From: Eutreptiella sp. 'Long Island Sound 2002'
Taxonomy: Eukaryota > Protista > Euglenida
NCBI GenBank assembly: GCA_964036045.1
Contig: OZ038378.1
Location: forward strand, 161,262,001 to 161,326,000
Length of the DNA stretch: 64,000 bases
Reading direction: 5' to 3'
The notes below the pieces were generated by a model. It searched no databases. It saw only the letters and a list, made by a program, of their open reading frames with translations, and had not been told where the DNA came from. Each line of letters begins with the position of its first letter. Within the stretch, counting starts at the first letter, position 1. The translations under genes were made by a program, and so were the position numbers. This document shows, piece after piece, positions 59,116 through 64,000 of this stretch.

Positions 59116-59766
59116 GAGTGCCCTGTCCGAAAACAAATTAGACACTTGGGAGGGACAACCCTCCCCATAGCAACACCATGAGGCCTGCAATGACTGGCCT
59201 GCTCCCTCCCTTGGCCCAACAATGGATGTACCGTTTAGAGCATGCACGACAGCTTGGACCTGGGCCGGGGCACCTCAGCCCAGACAGGCTGAGGTGAGCA
59301 GGTGTGGGGCAGTATGGCCAAAGGAAGCGCGAGACGCTGCAATGGTTGCCTGCCCCCCCTTGTGGCTAAGCACATCCCTTTTGTGAACACACACACACAC
59401 ACACACACACATGAAAAGATACAATAAAATTGCCTCGTGGGAATGGGCACCTGAAGGACAACACACCAAGTAGTCAAATTTTCTGTTGTAAGGGTGTAGA
59501 TGGGGCCACAAATGGGTATTTTTGAGGAGAAATGGCCATGTTTGGTACTTTGATTAGGATCAGTGATGTCATACCCTATTTTTAGCCCTTCCTACCCCTT
59601 GTTGGGCCCTGATGCCCAACCCCACCCCTCTAAATACATTCTACAAGTTGTTTTTTTTTGAGCATCCTACCCTCAAAACAGGGGAGGGGGGCGTCCCTAC
59701 TCCCCACCCAAATCCCACCCGGTCGTGGGGTGTAGGGTGGGGGTGGGGGCAAAAATGTATTATTGC

Positions 59767-60350
59767 CACATACATATATGGCATATACACACTCTAGCCC
59801 CCCCCCCCCCCCAGGGCCCGGAACCCATATCGGTGCCTTTGGCACTTCGCACCTTAAGAGTGATTATTCTTGCACGTGTAAACGGCGTTAGTGGCCCATT
59901 TTGGGGGGAAGGGATGCCAAATCAGGCCCGAACATTGTCATTTTGTGTCTATGACATGTAGACAGTGCCTACAATTAGCCGACAGTGTCTACTTGGGGCA
60001 GACAGTGTCCACAAACTAGCACGCCTGTGTGCACGGGTAAACGACATTAGCAGACCGTTTTGGGGGAAGGGGGCCTTCGGCCCTCTTCCCAAATACTGTC
60101 ATGTCGCGTCTACAACATGCCAACAGTGTCTACAATTAGCAAACCGCATGTACTTGGGGCAAACAGTGTCTATAGACTACAAGACACAATTCTTATGGTC
60201 CATGGGTAAACGGGTGTGGTGCAGGGGTAAACAGAGTGGCACTTGGTGTCAAATGTGCATATTCTTGCATACTAGGGGCCTTTGGTCCCATATGGGGGGG
60301 GTCTGATGGGGGGGGGGGGGGGGAGTGCATATATACCATATATATGTGTG
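59767..60350. mobile_element. MITE-like element with imperfect inverted arms
   Basis: cacatacatatatggcatatacacactc plus poly-C (59767-59812) mirrors poly-G plus gagtgcatatataccatatatatgtgtg (60308-60350), 23/28 matches. Internal repeats of acagtgtctac. Confidence 0.4.
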
Positions 60351-62200
60351 TGCCTATGTGCAACAAAGGAATACTTGGAAATAAAATGGTTTAGGGCCTC
60401 CCCTAGGGCCGCTTGGTAAAGAGTTCGCTTAACATTGAGAACGATTTGTAGTTCAATAGGTTTGGGTGGAAGCCACATTGGTAGCATGTAGATGACAACT
60501 CCTTTCAGGGTTGGGACTTGCATAGACAGGGTGTTACCGTGGAGCATGGGGGAGGGATTGTTCGTAATGTTAGGGTTATACTCAGACATATACTTCTCCC
60601 GACTATGTGGAGTGGTTGGGTGTTTTTCTATGCAACAAGTGGATCTGTGGGTGGCCCAAGGTGCTGCCATGCTTAAGTCTACATGACATGGGAAGATGGT
60701 GTACCTTGATATGCCGAGATACTTGGGTGCGGTGTGCCATGTGCTGTGATACCAAAAAAAAGCTGTTTTTTTTTTCGCTGTCTGATTTCTGATTTTTGAG
60801 CTTCTTCAACCTTTTGTCTTCATTGTCATGGTCCTGCATTCCGGATCTGTCACGTATTTTGTGCATCAATACTTCAATTGTCTTCCCAATATTTTTGCTG
60901 GGCTGCTTTGCAACATTTGCCAGAATTATTGCTCTTCAATTCTGATTTTGTGTCGCTCCATGAGTGCCCATCTACCACCATCAGTATGCCTTTTCAGCAG
61001 TCCACGCAGGTGTTATTGTTATGGACGTGTCGGCCACGAACTAAGACAGTCGCCCACCACCCCACACAAAACTATGCAGGTACGTTGACAACATCGTAGG
61101 CATCTGCCCACTTAATCAACTGCTTCCCACTGTGGATCGCATTCATCGTATGCTCACCAGTGACTAGTGATTCCCCCTCACTATTGAGAGAGTGGGTTGC
61201 AGCTTCAGCACATTGGTCTCCTGTGTGAGGTCCCAAATTCAACGGGGTTTGAAAAGGCTCTACTCTCCCATCCAACCAGCTTGTTACAATCCTAATGCAA
61301 ACACCCAGCGCATTGATCATGATCTTGCACGAAAACAACGCAGAAGCGTTGGCCGTGTGACTAAAGCAGTCTTTGGATAGAGACGTGTCACGTGGTAAGC
61401 CACCCTTGCACCATCATGTACACTGCTAGGTGTGTGAGGCCCAACTTGGTATGGTTTGCCTATCTTCCCTATCCACCCTTTCCTCCCTTTCCCACACTTA
61501 TGCAGCAAACGAGAGGAATGTGTGTCACAAAAAGGCAACTATGGGATGTGCATTACCTGCTACATTGGTCAAAGGTCCAGAAATTTGGAAGTGCTTATCA
61601 TTGCTGGCGCCATTTGATCTTTGTCTTCCAAGCTGTGTTCATTTTCTTGACTGTCTTGTTGATACACATTTCATTTGCTTTCATTTTCTGGATCCTCTTG
61701 TGACACAGCACTTTAAACCCCAGTGGTGTTCACGAATTGCTGACACTGCAATGGGGGCAGCTCAAAGCATGGTGGATCTCAAGACTCACTTGAAAAACAC
61801 CTAGAACCGGACAGTCTCCTCAAATGTGCCTGACCCTTTGCCCCGCTACAAACTGTGATCCTCAGCGTCGCTACAGAGTCCTGGGGGGGGCCTCCAGTGT
61901 TCCACATGTGCTCTCTGTTCTGTTTAATACAGCAATCCGGTGCTTCAAATCGCAGTACAGTGGGTACGACCAGAAGAAGAAGGAATAATTCTAGAGGGTT
62001 CTAAGGTATCATGTCCAATGGAATGCCGCTGAATGGTGGGCATTCCAGCGGAAGGCAGTAACACGAAGCCCTCCCCCACGCCAAAAACAAGGACTCATAG
62101 GTGACAGTCCCCCACCCCCCGCCTGTGGGTCTGTTGCACGCTGGGTGGGGGATGACAAAGGGGTGCAAGGGTATCCAAATGGATTTGCACAAAAGACTGG

Positions 62201-62273
62201 AAGTGTGGGAGCAGCAGAAGTGTGGGAGGAGCAGAAATGTGGGAGGAGCAGAAATGTGGGAGCAGTAGAAGTG
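62201..62273. repeat. 17-bp minisatellite, about 4.3 copies
   Basis: aagtgtgggagcagcag / aagtgtgggaggagcag / aaatgtgggaggagcag / aaatgtgggagcagtag / aagtg. Confidence 0.9.
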
Positions 62274-64000
62274 CCAGTGGAAGAATGGCTTGGGAAATGG
62301 GGTGCAGGTTGAACTGCATTCGCACTGCATCAGCACCCCCAACTTTATGTGAATGTCATGCCAAAGAGCTCAGGGGGGGGGGGGGGCATTATTTTGCCTC
62401 TGCTCCCACGCTTCTGCTACGAGTATTCCGAGCTGCATGTCCACTCCTTGAATGCATGGATTGCTGCATGCATGCACACAGAGGGGCTTAGGCAATCAAT
62501 TTGGGTGTTTCCCAGCGGACAGCCAGCTGAAGGACACATGAGCAGTGATCCACAGCGCATCAAAACTGTCATGGCTGAATTCTGGGTATCAGTGTGGCAG
62601 TATGCAGCACACCATTCTCGACCTCATCATCCCAGAGGAGCAGGCCAGACAACCTCTGGAGGTGGAGGGCAGGCTGTGCAAAGGGTAGGGAAGAGTATGA
62701 CTAGGGTGCCGACGAAGCCCGCAGACACCTACTGTTTGTGTGGCTTGTTTTCTTCTGAACTCTGTCTCATATGGCACATACAAACATGGCTTGCCAGTGC
62801 CGTCAACGGTAAGCATGCGATGAATGATGGATAGTGGAAAGCGAGCTTGCTCGTCCACCGTGGGTGAGTGCGGAGGCTGCTTTGCACAAACGAGGTTTGA
62901 TCTGTCCATTACAAGGTGTTGCATTGTGCAGCATGCATTTAGCGTAGGGATGCTAAGTTCAGCGTTAACCTGCCCAGTAAGGCATGGACCAACTTACAGC
63001 CAATACACCCGATGCATCTTGCATTTTCTCTTTGTCATTTTGCTTGCCAGCAGTGGAGATTCATCGTGATCCCTCGGTTCAGTGTAACAAGACAACACTT
63101 TTCAACAACACTTTGATGCTTGTGTGTCATTTGGTATGGCCCCAAACATGACAACTACTTGATCCAGCAGCTTGGCCAACCAACGCCGGTTCACATTACG
63201 ATTTATTTGCGCAAAGACCACATGCTTTTCTCTGTGGCTCCTTAGTTTCGACAAAACATTTCCCCAAATAGAGGCTCACACACACCATGCTCCCAACAGT
63301 AACGTATAGCCTCCCTTCCAAAATGAGAGCCCAAGTGATGTGCCTGAAAGAAACATCCGATTTGCGCAACTCAGTGAGTAGTAGAACAGAACAAGGGAGT
63401 CTCCAGGGGGGGTACCGGTTTCAATGCTTCTTGTGGGGAAAGTAATGAAGAAAACCCGCGCATGTGGAAAAGGGCCTTCTAGCCTTGCATACACTCCATT
63501 GATGTACCACACTGTGCTGAGGACTCGGGGACCCGCCAGGTCCTTGGGTTCTAGAACTTCCCCTTGCACAAACAGCGGACAGCAGCAAAGGCACTAAAAG
63601 TTGCGTAAACAAAACCCAAGATTGTTTGCAGAATGCCGTTGTTTGTGCATGACCCCATAGGGCACATGCTAGTGACATTGCATCGAATGGTGTCGCATAC
63701 CACAGATAGTCGAAAGGTACTGCAAACAAAAGAACCCCCAGTCCCAGTCCCAGTATTAGCAAATCAAACCAATCCACAGCAAAAAATCCATTTCTATTCC
63801 AACCAAAAAATGGGACCACGGAACACGTAATGTTGTTGGACAACGTGTAGGCTGCGCAAGGGGGGGTGGCACATTATTGCTCCATGAATGGGCAAATACT
63901 ACCGAGGTACAGTGCCACACAAACGAATCTGTGGAGATTTGATGTGCTCACGATGGAGATTGGAAACTATTCTCTTCAGGCCCTTGTCCAATGAGCTGAG

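Noticed and set aside
60400-64000. Scattered 60-160-aa ORFs
   Set aside because: No motifs, no consistent strand or frame, and no supportable exon structure.

Overview
Repeat-dense eukaryotic genomic DNA with no intact host gene. A euglenid-like protist host is inferred from a VIPER/TATE-like retroelement and a euglenid-style plastid-targeting presequence. Positions 1-16730 are a 50-bp satellite built from five 10-bp subunits, with several higher-order repeat periods and a 3.1-kb inverted block (9630-12760) bounded by fold-back junctions. Then come: the 3' part of an RNase H-bearing non-LTR retrotransposon; a long low-complexity coiled-coil ORF1-like relic and further LINE-like debris carrying a recurrent hairpin motif; and a pogo-like transposase relic. 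A full-length 10.2-kb Ty3/gypsy chromovirus (29181-39408, minus strand) has 273-bp LTRs, a CAAT TSD, a PBS and a PPT. It carries a roughly 950-codon extra ORF of unknown function after the chromodomain and is strongly TCGA-enriched. A complete tyrosine-recombinase retrotransposon (43980-49056) has gag-YR-RT/RH order and A1...B1-A2-B2 split direct repeats. The remainder holds a Harbinger-type non-autonomous element, small duplications and a decayed intronless NAD(P)H-hydrate epimerase (NAXE/YjeF_N) copy. All alignments and counts were done by eye, and no database searches were run.
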